Source: Nemertoderma westbladi (lineage: Eukaryota > Animalia > Xenacoelomorpha). Taken from it: 64,000 nucleotides of DNA. Of the stretch, positions 36,820-49,277 are shown in pieces. Location: contig JAUCBJ010001945.1 of the NCBI GenBank assembly GCA_032718475.1, positions 39,434 through 103,433 on the forward strand, in the 5' to 3' direction. Position numbers and translations under genes: made by a program. The stretch's first letter is position 1. Every line of letters starts with the position of its first letter. The notes beneath the pieces are model-generated. The model had not been told where the DNA came from and made no database searches. It saw only the letters and a list, made by a program, of their open reading frames with translations.

Positions 36820-39800
36820 AGAACACAAACAACCAAACAATTATCTAGCATATTCAAGAACACAACTAAACAATTATCTAGCTTATTCCAGAACACAACC
36901 AAACAATTATCTAGCATATTCCAGAACACAACCAAGTACCGGTAATTATCTAGCATATTCAAGAACACAACCAAACAATTATCTTGCTTATAGTTTAGAA
37001 CACAACCCCTGATCTAGCATATTCCAGAAACAACCAAACAATTATCTAGCATATTCCAGAACACAACCAAACAATTATCTAGCATATTCAAGAACACAAC
37101 CAAACAATTATCTAGCATATTCCAGAACACAACCAAACAATTATCTAGCATATTCAAGAACACAACCAAACAATTATCTAGCTTATTCCAGAACACAACC
37201 AAACAATTATCTAGCATATTCCAGTACACAACCAAACAATAATTATCTAGCATATTCCAGAACACAACCAAACAATTATCTAGCATATTCAAGAACACAA
37301 CCAAACAATTATCTAGCCTATTCAAGAACGCAACCAACACAATGATCTAGCATATTCCAGAACACAACCAAACAATAATTATCTAGCATATTCAAGAACA
37401 CAACCTAACAATTATCTGGCATATTCAAGAACACAACCAAACAATTATCTTGCTTATAGTCTAGAACATAACTTTATCTAGCATATTCAAGAAAGCAAAC
37501 AAACAATTATCTAGCATATTCCAGAACACAACCAAACAATTATCTAGCATATTCAAGAACACAACCGAACAATTATCTAGCATATTCAAGAACACAACCA
37601 AATAATTATCTAGCATATTCAAGAACACAACCAAACAATTATCTAGCATATTCAAGAACACAACCAAACAATTATCTAGCTTATTCCAGAACACAACCAA
37701 ACAATTATCTAGCATATTCCAGTACACAACCAAACAATAATTATCTAGCATATTCCAGAACACAACCAAACAATTATCTAGCATATTCAAGAACACAACC
37801 AAACAATTATCTAGCCTATTCAAGAACACAACCAAACAATTATCTAGCATATCCAAGAACACAACCAATCAATTATCTAGCATATTCCAGAACACAACCA
37901 AACAATTATCTAGCATATTCCAGAACAAAACCAAACAAGTATCTAGCATATTCCAGAACACAACCAAACAATTATCTAGCATATTCCAGAACACAACCAA
38001 ACAATTATCTAGCATATTCCAGAACACAACCAAACAATTATCTAGCATATTCCAGAACACAACCAAACAATAATTATCTAGCATATTCCAGAACACAACC
38101 AAACAATTATCTAGCATATTCAAGAACACAACCAAACAATTATCGTGCTTATAGTCTAGAACATAACTTTATCTAGCATATTCAAGAAAGCAAACAAACA
38201 ATTATCTAGCATATTCCAGAACACAACCAAACAATTATCTAGCATATTCCAGAACACAACCGAACAATTATCTAGCATATTCAAGAACACAACCAAACTA
38301 ATTATCTAGCCTATTCAAGAACACAACCACACAATGATCTAGCTATATTCCAGAACACAACCAAACAATAATTATCTAGCATATTCAAGAACACAACCTA
38401 ACAATTATCTAGCATATTCCAGAACACAACCAAACAATTATCTAGCATATTCAAGAACACAACCAAACAATTATCTAGCATATTCCAGAACACAACTAAA
38501 CATAATTATCTAGCATATTCCAGAACACAACCATTCAATTATCTAGCATATTCCAGAACACAACCAAACAATTATCTAGCATATTCAAGAACACTACCAA
38601 ACAATTATCTAGCATATTCCAGAACACAACCAAACAATTATCTAGCCATATTCCAGAACACAACCAAACAATTATCTAGCATATTCCAGAACAAAACCAA
38701 ACAATTATCTAGCATATTCCAGAACACAACCAAACAATTATCTAGCATATTCCAGAACACAACCAAACAATTATCTAGCATATTCCAGAACACAACCAAA
38801 CAATTATCTAGCATATTCCAGAACACAACCAAACAATTATCTAGCATATTCCAGAACACAACCAAACAATTATCTAGCATATTCCAGAACACAACCAAAC
38901 AATTATCTAGCATATTCAAGAACACAACCAAACTAATTATCTAGCATATTCCAGAACACAACCAAACAATAATTATCTAGCATATTCCAGAACACAACCA
39001 AACAATTATCTAGCATATTCCAGAACACAACCAAACAATTATCTAGCATATTCAAGAACACAACCAAACAATTATCTAGCATATTCCAGAACACAACCAA
39101 ACAATAATTATCTAGCATATTCCAGAACACAACCAAACAATTATCTAGCATATTCCAGAACACAACCAAACAATTATCTAGCATATTCAAGAACATAACC
39201 AAACAATTATCTAGCATATTCCAGAACACAACCAAACAATAATATCTAGCATATTCCAGAACACAACCAAACAATAATTATCTAGCATATTCAAGAACAC
39301 AACCAAACAATAATTATCTAGCATATTCCAGAACACAACCAAACAATAATTATCTAGCATATTCCAGAACACAACCAAACAATTATCTAGCATATTCAAG
39401 AACATAACCAAACAATTATCTAACATATTCCAGAACACAACCAAACAATAATTCTACCATATTCCAGAACACAACCAAACAATAATTATCTAGCATATTC
39501 CAGAACACAACCAAACAATTATCTAGCATATTCCAGAACACAACCAAACAATTATCTAGCATATCCAAGAACACAACCAATCAATTATCTAGCATATTCC
39601 AGAACACAACCAAACAATTATCTAGCATATTCCAGAACAAAACCAAACAAGTATCTAGCATATTCCAGAACACAACCAAACAATTATCTAGCATATTCAA
39701 AAATACAACCAATCAATTATCTAGCATATTCATGAACACAACCAATCAATTATCTAGCATATTCCAGAACACAACCAAACAATTATCTAGCATATTCCAG

Positions 39801-40865
39801 AACACAACCAAACAATTATCTTGCATATTCCAGAACACAACTTCATCTAGCATATTCAAGAACACAACCTAACAATTATCTAGCATATTCCAGAACACAA
39901 CCAAACAATTATCTAGCATATTCGAGAACATAACCAAACAGTTATCTACCATATTCCAGAACATAACCAAACAATTATCTAGCATATTCAAGAACACAAC
40001 CAATCAAATATCTAGCATATTCCAGAACACAACCAAACAATTATCTAGCATATTCCAGAACACAACCAAACAATAATTATCTAGCATATTCAAGAACACA
40101 ACCAAACAATTATCTAGCATATTCCAGAACACAACCAATCAATTATCTTGCATATTCCAGAAAACAACCAAACAATTATCTAGCATATTCCTGAACACAA
40201 CCAAACAATAATTATTTCGCATATTCCTTAACACAACCAAACAATAATTATCTAGCATATTCAAGAACCCAACCAATCAATTATCTAGCATATTCCAGAA
40301 CACAACCAATCAATTATCTTGCATATTCCAGAACACAACCAAACAATAATTATCTAGCATATTCCAGAACACAACCAAACAATTATCTAGCATATTCCAG
40401 AACACAACCAAACAATTATCTAGCATATTCCAGAACACAACCAAACAATTATCAGCATATTCAAGAACACAACCAAACAATTATCTAGCATATTCCAGAA
40501 CACAACCAAACAATTATCTAGCATATTCCAGAACACAACCAAACTAATTATCTAGCATATTCCAGAACACAATCAAACAATTATCTAGCATATTCCAGAA
40601 CACAACCAAACAATTATCTAGCATATTCCAGAACACAACCAAACTAATTATCTAGCATATTCCAGAACACAATCAAACAATTATCTAGCATATTCCAAAA
40701 CAATTTTCTAGCGTATTCCAGAACAGACAATCAAAATAATTATCTAGCATATTCCAGAACACAATCAAACAATTATCTAGCATATTCCAGAACACAACCA
40801 AACAAGTATCTAGCATATTCCAGAACACAACCAAATATTTATTTAGCATATTCCAGAACACAACT
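36820..40865. repeat. 33-bp satellite in the IFT122 intron (aattatctagcatattccagaacacaaccaaac)
   Basis: About 120 tandem units. Confidence 0.95.
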
Positions 40866-41042
40866 AGGTATCGATCGAGCACAAACCCGGACCACCTGTC
40901 GCTTATATTTTTGCCGTAAAGTGTTAGGTACCAGTTGTTGTCTTGTTTTATTTATTTTTAATAAAACTTAGGGAATACATTAAATGGTATTGCTAATACA
41001 CACATGTGCAATGTTATACATGTTTGTTTATATTGTTAATAG

Positions 41043-43178
41043 GTTGCCATAGTTGATGAGCAGAGCACGCTGTATGTGTACGACATAGCCACCGGCAAAG
41101 TGGCATTCCAGGAGGCCAACGCCACATCAGTGGCCTTCAACACCCACAACGAAGACATGTTGTGTTACAGCGGGGGAGGAGTCCTCAACATCAAGGCGGG
41201 TAACTTTCCGGTCCACAAACAGAAGCTTCATGGCTTCGTTGTCGGATTCTCCGGCTCTAAGATCTTCTGCCTTCAGCTGTTCTCGATGAGTTGCGTTGAC
41301 GTGCCCCAGGGCGAGGCGATGCACCAGTACCTGGAGGAGGGTAACTTCGCGAAGGCCTATAGGATCGCGTGTCTGGGGGTCACCGACTCCGACTGGCGGG
41401 GTCTCGCCCTCCAGTCCCTCGAGGGGATGGATCTCGAGGTCGCGAAGAAGGCCTTCATCCGTGTCCGGGACCTCAGGTACTTGGAGTTGATTTACGGTCT
41501 CGAGGAGAAGGTAAAACGCGGGGACACCAGCAACGAGCAGCTATTGGGCGATATTCTATCCAATCAGGGGCGTTTCCACGAGGCGGCTAAGTATTACAAG
41601 AAGGCGGGGCGAGGTAACGTCGCCATGGCGATGTACACGGACCTCAAGATGTTCGAGTTGGCCAAGGAGTTTATGGGTTCCGGCGACGTTATCGATAAGA
41701 AGCAGCTGCTGGCGAAGCAGGCCGATTGGGCGAAGTCGACCAAGTCCTTGAAGTCGGCGGCTGAGATGTACCTGAGTGCGGGGGAGACGTTGAAAGCGAT
41801 CGATATAATCGGGGAGAACGGCTGGACGGACATGTTGGTGGACGTGGCCCGTCGACTGGACAAGGCGGAGCGGGAGGCCCTCCTGCTCTGCGCCAAGTAC
41901 CTCACGCGGGCCCAGGAGTACGGCTTTGTCGCGGAGGTTTACACCAAGTTGGGCGAGACGCGACTGCTGGTCGAGTTGCAGGTGCTCGCGGAGAACTGGG
42001 AGGACGCCTTCCAGATGGCGGGAAAGTTCCCCGAGTACCGGGACGCGGTTTACCTGCCGTACGCGCGGTGGCTCGCCGAGAGCGACAAGTTTGAGGAAGC
42101 GCAAGCCGCCTTCCACAAAGCGGGGAAACAGCAGGAGGCGGTGCGGTTCCTGGAGACGTTAACGTTGAACGCAGTGCAGGAATGCCGGTACAACGACGCC
42201 GGTTACTACTACTGGAAACTCTCCATCCAATGTCTCGATCTCGCCGCTTCGCTCGAGGATTTACGTTTCGCTATGTTGGATAAATTCACGCTCTACCAGC
42301 GTTACGCCTCCATCTACTACTCGTTCCACACACTCTACCGGTCCATAGAGGAACCCTTCACCTCCGAGTCCCCGGAGACTCTGTTCAACATCGCCCATTA
42401 CCTCCACCAGGAGCTGCTGGACGGTGTCGACCCGCCCCAGGGTATCTCCCGCGTCTACCTCCTCTACGCGCTCAGCAAACACGCCAAGAACCTCGGCGCG
42501 TACAAGCTGGCGCGCGCGGTGTACGAGCGGCTCCAGAAGCTGCGCGTCCCGTTGCGCCTCCAGGACCTGGTGGACCTCGGCTCCGTCACGGTCCGCTCCA
42601 AACCCTTCCAGGACCACGAGGACCTCCTCCCGATGTGCTACCGCTGCTCCACGACCAACCCCCTCGTCAACCCCGCCGGTAACCTCTGTATCAACTGCGG
42701 CCAACCCTTCGTCTACTCCTACTCGAGCTACGAGATACTCCCGCTGGTCGAGTTCAAACTCGGCGAGGGAATCAGCGACGAAACCGCCTTGAATCTCCTG
42801 GAACTCGAGCCGAATTCGGTGGAGACGGCCCAGTGGAAGGAGAGTCAGACGGAGGGGTACGAGTCGCTGACGTTGGACGCACCCAGCGCACCCGTCGGGT
42901 TGACCCAGGAGGTGGACCCGTTCCGTCTGCCCCCCGGTTCCGTGGATTCCTTCTCTCCGGTTGTGGTCGGAACGTCGACGCTCCGGAAACTCTCCCGTTC
43001 CGAGGTTCTCGTTCGCCGATGGCCCTTCCCGCTCCGCTACCAGTTCTACCGCTCCGCCCTTCCCGATATCCCCATCACTCTCTGTTCTTCCTGCAATATG
43101 ATGTTTATTACGGACGACTACGAGCTCCTTACTCTACAGAAAGGTCATTGCCCTTTCTGCCGCGTCCCGGTCGTTTAG
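41043..43178 (+). CDS. IFT122: IFT122 exon 2 (TPR-like region and C-terminal zinc ribbons); spliced protein 1176 aa
   Basis: Acceptor ttaatAG| at 41042; phase-0 join gives SRKQ|VAIVDE; ACLGVT..DW, CYRCSTTNPL and CPFCR motifs. Confidence 0.93.
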   Translation, partial: VAIVDEQSTLYVYDIATGKVAFQEANATSVAFNTHNEDMLCYSGGGVLNIKAGNFPVHKQKLHGFVVGFSGSKIFCLQLFSMSCVDVPQGEAMHQYLEEGNFAKAYRIACLGVTDSDWRGLALQSLEGMDLEVAKKAFIRVRDLRYLELIYGLEEKVKRGDTSNEQLLGDILSNQGRFHEAAKYYKKAGRGNVAMAMYTDLKMFELAKEFMGSGDVIDKKQLLAKQADWAKSTKSLKSAAEMYLSAGETLKAIDIIGENGWTDMLVDVARRLDKAEREALLLCAKYLTRAQEYGFVAEVYTKLGETRLLVELQVLAENWEDAFQMAGKFPEYRDAVYLPYARWLAESDKFEEAQAAFHKAGKQQEAVRFLETLTLNAVQECRYNDAGYYYWKLSIQCLDLAASLEDLRFAMLDKFTLYQRYASIYYSFHTLYRSIEEPFTSESPETLFNIAHYLHQELLDGVDPPQGISRVYLLYALSKHAKNLGAYKLARAVYERLQKLRVPLRLQDLVDLGSVTVRSKPFQDHEDLLPMCYRCSTTNPLVNPAGNLCINCGQPFVYSYSSYEILPLVEFKLGEGISDETALNLLELEPNSVETAQWKESQTEGYESLTLDAPSAPVGLTQEVDPFRLPPGSVDSFSPVVVGTSTLRKLSRSEVLVRRWPFPLRYQFYRSALPDIPITLCSSCNMMFITDDYELLTLQKGHCPFCRVPVV

Positions 43179-43771
43179 ACCTGCCATTCCAGCCAAGTCA
43201 CTAACTCTGGGAACATTAAACATGTCTCACATTCCTTGTAATATTATTTAAATTATTTATAAGCGTTCGCATAATAATATGACAACCTAATTGTAACTGA
43301 ATTCGATTATTTATAATAATAATTTATATAATATATAATAAAATTTTTTTTATAAATAATATTCTCCTTAATATTTTGTAAACATGGTAGTTGGTTGTGT
43401 AAATAACATTCGTAATATTTTGTTAATTTTTTCTTATTTTTTGTGTGATGTTGTAAATATTTCATATTTTGTTGTCGTGAGTTTATCGTATTAAAAATAT
43501 TTTAATGTTTTTTGTTATGTTACAATAACATTGAAGAGCTTGTTCTTTGTAGACTTAAGCGTAAGTTAGATCTGTTATTATAAATCAATTTAACTAAAAT
43601 ATATAACCAATATCGCAATATATGAATTATTGTTACGAATAATGATAAAAAACTCGACTCATATGATAATTCTTACACCGCGCCGTGGCCACATTGCAAA
43701 CTAGTAGTCGAGCGGTGCGTGGTGTAAGTGTTATCCAGAGACCTGGTGTCGTCAGCAGTTAGAGCCCATCA

Positions 43772-43840
43772 TGGGCTGCCGTAGAGCAACACAGGCTCCA
43801 CTGCTGCACGGAAAAGGCGCACCTTCACCCCCAGCAGTAC
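43772..43840 (-). mobile_element. Short remnant of a diverged RTE LINE RT thumb
   Basis: KVRLFRAAVEPVLLYGS resembles KTKFFRATVESVFLYGG of the neighbouring LINE. Confidence 0.55.
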
Positions 43841-44748
43841 CTCAGTAGACAACAATGTTCGAATACACCTCAAAATCGGTAGAAATAGGAAGTAATCAAT
43901 AGGATTGCATTGATTTTTCTTGTTTTTACCGGCGAAAATGTCAAATAAAATATTTTTGGTGGAATTTCTTAAATTGTATTTATTACATATATTGAAAGAG
44001 CACCGACATAGAAAAGGTTTGCACGTAATTTGAGCCAAATCCATTCACACACTTAAAAGTTATTGCAACTTAGGTGTCTGCAAGGCGTGTAGTTTTTATG
44101 TAGTTAAGCGGTTCTCTAGTTACGTAATAAATATTCGAGAACACTAAATTATTAAACATTGAATAAAGTCAGGAGTTGAGGAGTAAAATTTTTTGAATCG
44201 CGGTAACTTTGGACGCAATGCAGTAAAATACATCTCAATTTACAGTTCAATTCTCTCGACCCTTAATTTCCCTCGCTCACGCTCAATATATAAAATGCCT
44301 CGATAATAGTGAAACTCAACTCAACTTTTTAACCCATGTAATAAATACGTTGTTTGATGTATGAACAATGTAAATATCGTAGTTGTTATCATAATCAAGT
44401 GTGAGTAGATACCGATTCTGTCGGATCGGGATCGGTCGATCTGTGGTTCGGACAACATAATTGTGACTGCAGAGATCAGACTCAGTTTGAGAGCCAGCAA
44501 ACCCAGGACAAGCAAGCAAATCAAATATGACTGGGAGAAACTCAGAACTGACAATGCTGTAAAGGATGCTTATACAGTAGAAGTTCAAAACCGCTTTGAA
44601 GCACTTCAGTCAATGGATGAAGACCAATCCACCAATTCAATATACCAGAATATAATAACAGCTCACAATGAATCAGCTAAGAGGCATATCCCCCAGAAAC
44701 CCAAACGAAAACAGTATGTGCCATGGCAAAACTCTGAGGTTAGAAGCG

Positions 44749-46700
44749 TATGGAAACCCATATGGACAATATATGCTAGCAGATACTAACCCATAGGGAC
44801 GGACAATATATGCTAGCAGATACTAACCCATAGGGACGGACAATATATGCTAGCAGATACTAACCCATAGGGACGGACAATATATGCTAGCAGATACTAA
44901 CCCTCTAACCCATATGGACAATATATGCTAGCAGATACTAACCCATAGGGACGGACAATATATGCTAGCAGATACTAACCCATATGGACAATATATGCTA
45001 GCAGATACTAACCCATAGGGACGGACAATATATGCTAGCAGATACTAACCCTCTAGGACAATATATGCTAGCAGATACTAACCCTCTAGGACAATATATG
45101 CTAGCAGATACTAACCCTCTAGGACAATATCAGCTAGCAGATACTAACCCTCTAGGACAATATCTGCTAGCAGATACTCACCCTCTAGGACAATATCTGC
45201 TAGCAGATACTAACCCATATGGACAATATATGCTAGCAGATACTAACCCATAGGGACGGACAATATATGCTAGCAGATACTCACCCTCTAGGACAATATC
45301 TGCTAGCAGATACTAACCCATATGGACAATATATGCTAGAAGATACTAACCCTCTAGGACAATATCTGCTAGCAGATACTAACCCTCTAGGACAATATCT
45401 GCTAGCAGATACTAACCCTCTAGGACAATATCTGCTAGCAGATACTAACCCTCTAGGACAATATCTGCTAGCAGATACTAACCCATATGGACAATATATG
45501 CTAGCAGATACTAACCCTCTAGGACAATATCTGCTAGCAGATACTAACCCTCTAGGACAATATCTGCTAGCAGATACTAACCCATATGGACAATATATGC
45601 TAGAAGATACTAACCCTCTAGGACAATATATGCTAGCAGATACTAACCCTCTAGGACAATATCTGCTAGCAGATACTAACCCATATGGACAATATATGCT
45701 AGAAGATACTAACCCTCTAGGACAATATATGCTAGCAGATACTAACCCTCTAGGACAATATCTGCTAGCAGATACTAACCCATATGGACAATATATGCTA
45801 GAAGATACTAACCCTCTAGGACAATATCTGCTAGCAGATACTAACCCTCTAGGACAATATGTGCTAGCAGATACTAACCCTCTAGGACAATATCTGCTAG
45901 CAGATACTAACCCTCTAGGACAATATCTGCTAGCAGATACTAACCCATATGGACAATATATGCTAGCAGATACTAACCCTCTAGGACAATATCTGCTAGC
46001 AGATACTAACCCTCTAGGACAATATCTGCTAGCAGATACTAACCCATAGGGACGGACAATATATGCTAGCAGATACTAACCCTCTAGGACAATATATGCT
46101 AGCAGATACTAACCCTCTAGGACAATATCTGCTAGCAGATACTAACCCTCTAGGACAATATATGCTAGCAGATACTAACCCTCTAGGACAATATCTGCTA
46201 GCAGATACTAACCCTCTAGGACAATATCTGCTAGCAGATACTAACCCATATGGACAATATATGCTAGAAGATATGCTAGAAGATACTAACCCTCTAGGAC
46301 AATATCTGCTAGCATATACTAACCCTCTAGGACAATATCTGCTAGCAGATACTAACCCATAGGGACGGACAATATATGCTAGCAGATACTAACCCATATG
46401 GACGGACAATATATGCTAGCAGATACTAACCCTCTAGGACAATATCTGCTAGCAGATACTAACCCATAGGGACGGAAAATATATGCTAGCAGATACTAAC
46501 CCTCTAGGACAATATCTGCTAGCAGATACTAACCCATATGGACAATATATGCTAGCAGATACTAACCCTCTAGGACAATATCTGCTAGCAGATACTAACC
46601 CTCTAGGACAATATCTGCTAGCAGATACTAACCCACTAGGACAATATATGTTAGCAGATACTAACCCTCTAGGGCAATATATGCTAACAGATACCTGCTA
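44749..46700. repeat. 33-bp satellite inside the LINE ORF (ctagcagatactaaccctctaggacaatatctg)
   Basis: About 58 units. Confidence 0.95.
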
Positions 46701-48566
46701 ACAGAAGATCTTACGATAGCCTACAAAGTTAAAACCGAACAACCAACAACCGAACACATTAACAAGGTTGAGACAGCTAAGGACGATCTTAAATTGGCCT
46801 ACAACATCAGCCAGGAAAAGTACATACAGGATAAAACTGAAGCAATTACAACTGCTCACATACAGCAACAATCAAGACTTACCTGGCAATCTGTAAATGA
46901 GGTATCTGGTCGGAAAAGTTGTGCAAAGGGGCGCCTCAGGGCCGATAGTCCTGAAGAACGTGTTGGGAAGTGGAAAAATCACTTCAGCAACTTGCTTGGG
47001 CAGCCACCAAACATCGATGTCAGCCCTACAAGGAAAATATATGACAAGACACTACCCATAGAAACAGGGGACTTCACACCTGCCGAACTCCAAAGAAGCA
47101 TTAAAAGCATGTCCAATAATAAAGCGAGTGGATTAGATGAAATCCCAGCGGAGGTATGGAAAACCGGAGTGCTAAACAGACCATTATTGAATGTTTGCAA
47201 CCGGATGTTAAAAGGGGAAAAGCCACCTCCAATTTGGACTAAAGGCCAACTAAAGCCTCTCCCCAAGAAAGGAGACATCGGCATACTAACAAACTATCGT
47301 GGGATCTGTCTGCTTGTGGTAGCTGCCAAAATATACAATAAAATGATTCTATATAGGATTAGGCCTCACATAGAGAAACTACTGCGTAAGAGCCAAAACG
47401 GATTTCGACCAAGTAGATCAACAATAGCTCAGATACTTGCACTACGGAGTCTGATTGAAGGAATTAAGTCAAAGAATCTCCCCGCAGTCATGACGTTTGT
47501 GGACTTCAAGAAGGCATTCGACTCCATCCATAGAGGTAAAATGCTTGAAATCCTAAGAGCTTATGGAATACCAGAAGTAATTGTTGCAGGCATTGGATTG
47601 TTATATTGTGACACAGAAGCGCAGGTACTCTCATCAGATGGTGAAACTGCGTTTTTCTCAATCCTGGCTGGCGTACTGCAAGGTGACACATTAGCACCAT
47701 TACTATTTGTAATTGTGCTGGATTACGCAATGAGGACGGCCACAAAGGGTGAAGATCTGGTATTCACACTTCAAGAACGCAGAAGTAGTACATATCCGGC
47801 AACTACAGTCACAGACACCGAATTCGCGGATGACATCGCCCTGCTCTCTAATACGCTAGCAGATGCACAGCTTCTACTAAATAAAGTGGAGAGGGCTGCT
47901 AAGGAGGTTGGATTGCATATAAATGCTACAAAGACCGAATTCATGACCTTTAATGTTGATGGAAACTTGACAACCATTGATAATAATCAACTAAGGAAGG
48001 TCGATGACTTCCAGTACCTTGGATCATGGATAGAGAGTAGCAAAAAGGACATAGAAATTAGGAAAGCAAAGGCTTGGGTAGCTCTATCAAAAATGGATAC
48101 CATCTGGAAATCAGATCTCTCCAGGCACCTGAAGACTAAGTTCTTTCGAGCCACAGTGGAAAGTGTATTTTTATACGGGGGTGAGACCTGGACACTGACT
48201 AAATCGCTTGAACAACGAATTGATGGTTGCTACACAAGACTACTAAGGGCAGCCCTAAACATCAGCTGGAGACAACACATGACAAACGCCGAGCTTTATG
48301 GTACAATACCACCTGTATCAACCACCCTCCGTGAACGCAGATTAAGATTCAGTGGGCACTGCTGGCGAAGTAAAGACGAGGTCATACCAGATCTACTTTT
48401 CTGGCAACCAACTCATGGAAAGCGTAGTCGTGGACGACCGGCCATAACACATATAGATCAACTTGAAAGGGATACTGAACTTGGGAGAAACGAAATTGCG
48501 ACAACTATGGAGAATCGGGAAGCCTGGAAGGATCTCATTTCTACTGTCCGAGTTCGCTCGACGTAG
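46701..48566 (+). CDS. RTE LINE reverse transcriptase (open frame downstream of the satellite)
   Basis: NYRGICL, QNGFR..RST, FVDFKKAFDS, GVLQGDTLAPLLF, EFADD and FQYLGS motifs. Confidence 0.9.
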   Translation, partial: TEDLTIAYKVKTEQPTTEHINKVETAKDDLKLAYNISQEKYIQDKTEAITTAHIQQQSRLTWQSVNEVSGRKSCAKGRLRADSPEERVGKWKNHFSNLLGQPPNIDVSPTRKIYDKTLPIETGDFTPAELQRSIKSMSNNKASGLDEIPAEVWKTGVLNRPLLNVCNRMLKGEKPPPIWTKGQLKPLPKKGDIGILTNYRGICLLVVAAKIYNKMILYRIRPHIEKLLRKSQNGFRPSRSTIAQILALRSLIEGIKSKNLPAVMTFVDFKKAFDSIHRGKMLEILRAYGIPEVIVAGIGLLYCDTEAQVLSSDGETAFFSILAGVLQGDTLAPLLFVIVLDYAMRTATKGEDLVFTLQERRSSTYPATTVTDTEFADDIALLSNTLADAQLLLNKVERAAKEVGLHINATKTEFMTFNVDGNLTTIDNNQLRKVDDFQYLGSWIESSKKDIEIRKAKAWVALSKMDTIWKSDLSRHLKTKFFRATVESVFLYGGETWTLTKSLEQRIDGCYTRLLRAALNISWRQHMTNAELYGTIPPVSTTLRERRLRFSGHCWRSKDEVIPDLLFWQPTHGKRSRGRPAITHIDQLERDTELGRNEIATTMENREAWKDLISTVRVRST

Positions 48567-49277
48567 TAGTAGTGGTAGATACCGATTGGTTACAGATTGT
48601 TTTTCTTAAGATTCCTGACAACACCCCCCCTCACCCCGACTCCCCCCTTCCATGTGAAATTGTTTAAATTTTTGAACAGCAACATTGAAATTAGTCAGTT
48701 TGTTGCATTTTTTAAACAATCAGTTTAAATACTTAATAATTCTAGAACTATTTTATTTACATCATTGTGTTTATAAAATAATTCAAGAATTGTTATCTTT
48801 TATCTCCCACCCCCAAATATAATTTTTGGCTTCGTCACATATAGCCATTGGGTGCTGCATCATTGTACAGCAGCCATTATGTTTCTCCAATAGAACCACC
48901 AAATATGTCGATAATTGCGGCAACGCGTGTGACCTAACGATGCAGTATTTATGATACAGGACCTAGTGCCATTTAGACATAATAACCCGGGGGGGGGGGG
49001 GGGGGGGGGGTCAACATTAATCACCAAATATCGGCTCCGTCTCCGGCCGGAGCTCATATTGCAACCCGGAGAAACCTCCGGCTCCGGATGAAATTTTAGC
49101 TCTGTTGCATCCAGAAGCTTTGCAGCAATCGATATAAACGAGATTCCACGAAAAGTTCCATAAGTTGTTAGGTTGCCCTTCTTTAGAGCGTCTATGGTCT
49201 TCTTAAGATGGTCTTCGGACCATCTTATTTGTTTATATAGGCCTATTTGAACCTGGCTTGTATAAAAAAAAAATGTA

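Larger units (their letters stand above)
44418..48574 (+). mobile_element. 5'-truncated RTE-clade LINE interrupted by a satellite
   Basis: 13-bp TSD GTAGATACCGATT (44405-44417 and 48575-48587); begins at the end of the APE domain (GSDN.IVTAEIRL); (TAG)n tail. Confidence 0.9.

Noticed and set aside
36786-40882. ORFs of repeated LDNCLVVFWNM
   Set aside because: Translation of a 33-bp intronic satellite
41127-43204. Many overlapping and antisense ORFs in IFT122, SAMM50, MBOAT7 and the methyltransferase
   Set aside because: Expected shadows of GC-rich coding sequence
45032-46701. ORFs of repeated LADTNPLGQY
   Set aside because: Satellite artefact; frames are broken by 37-bp variant units
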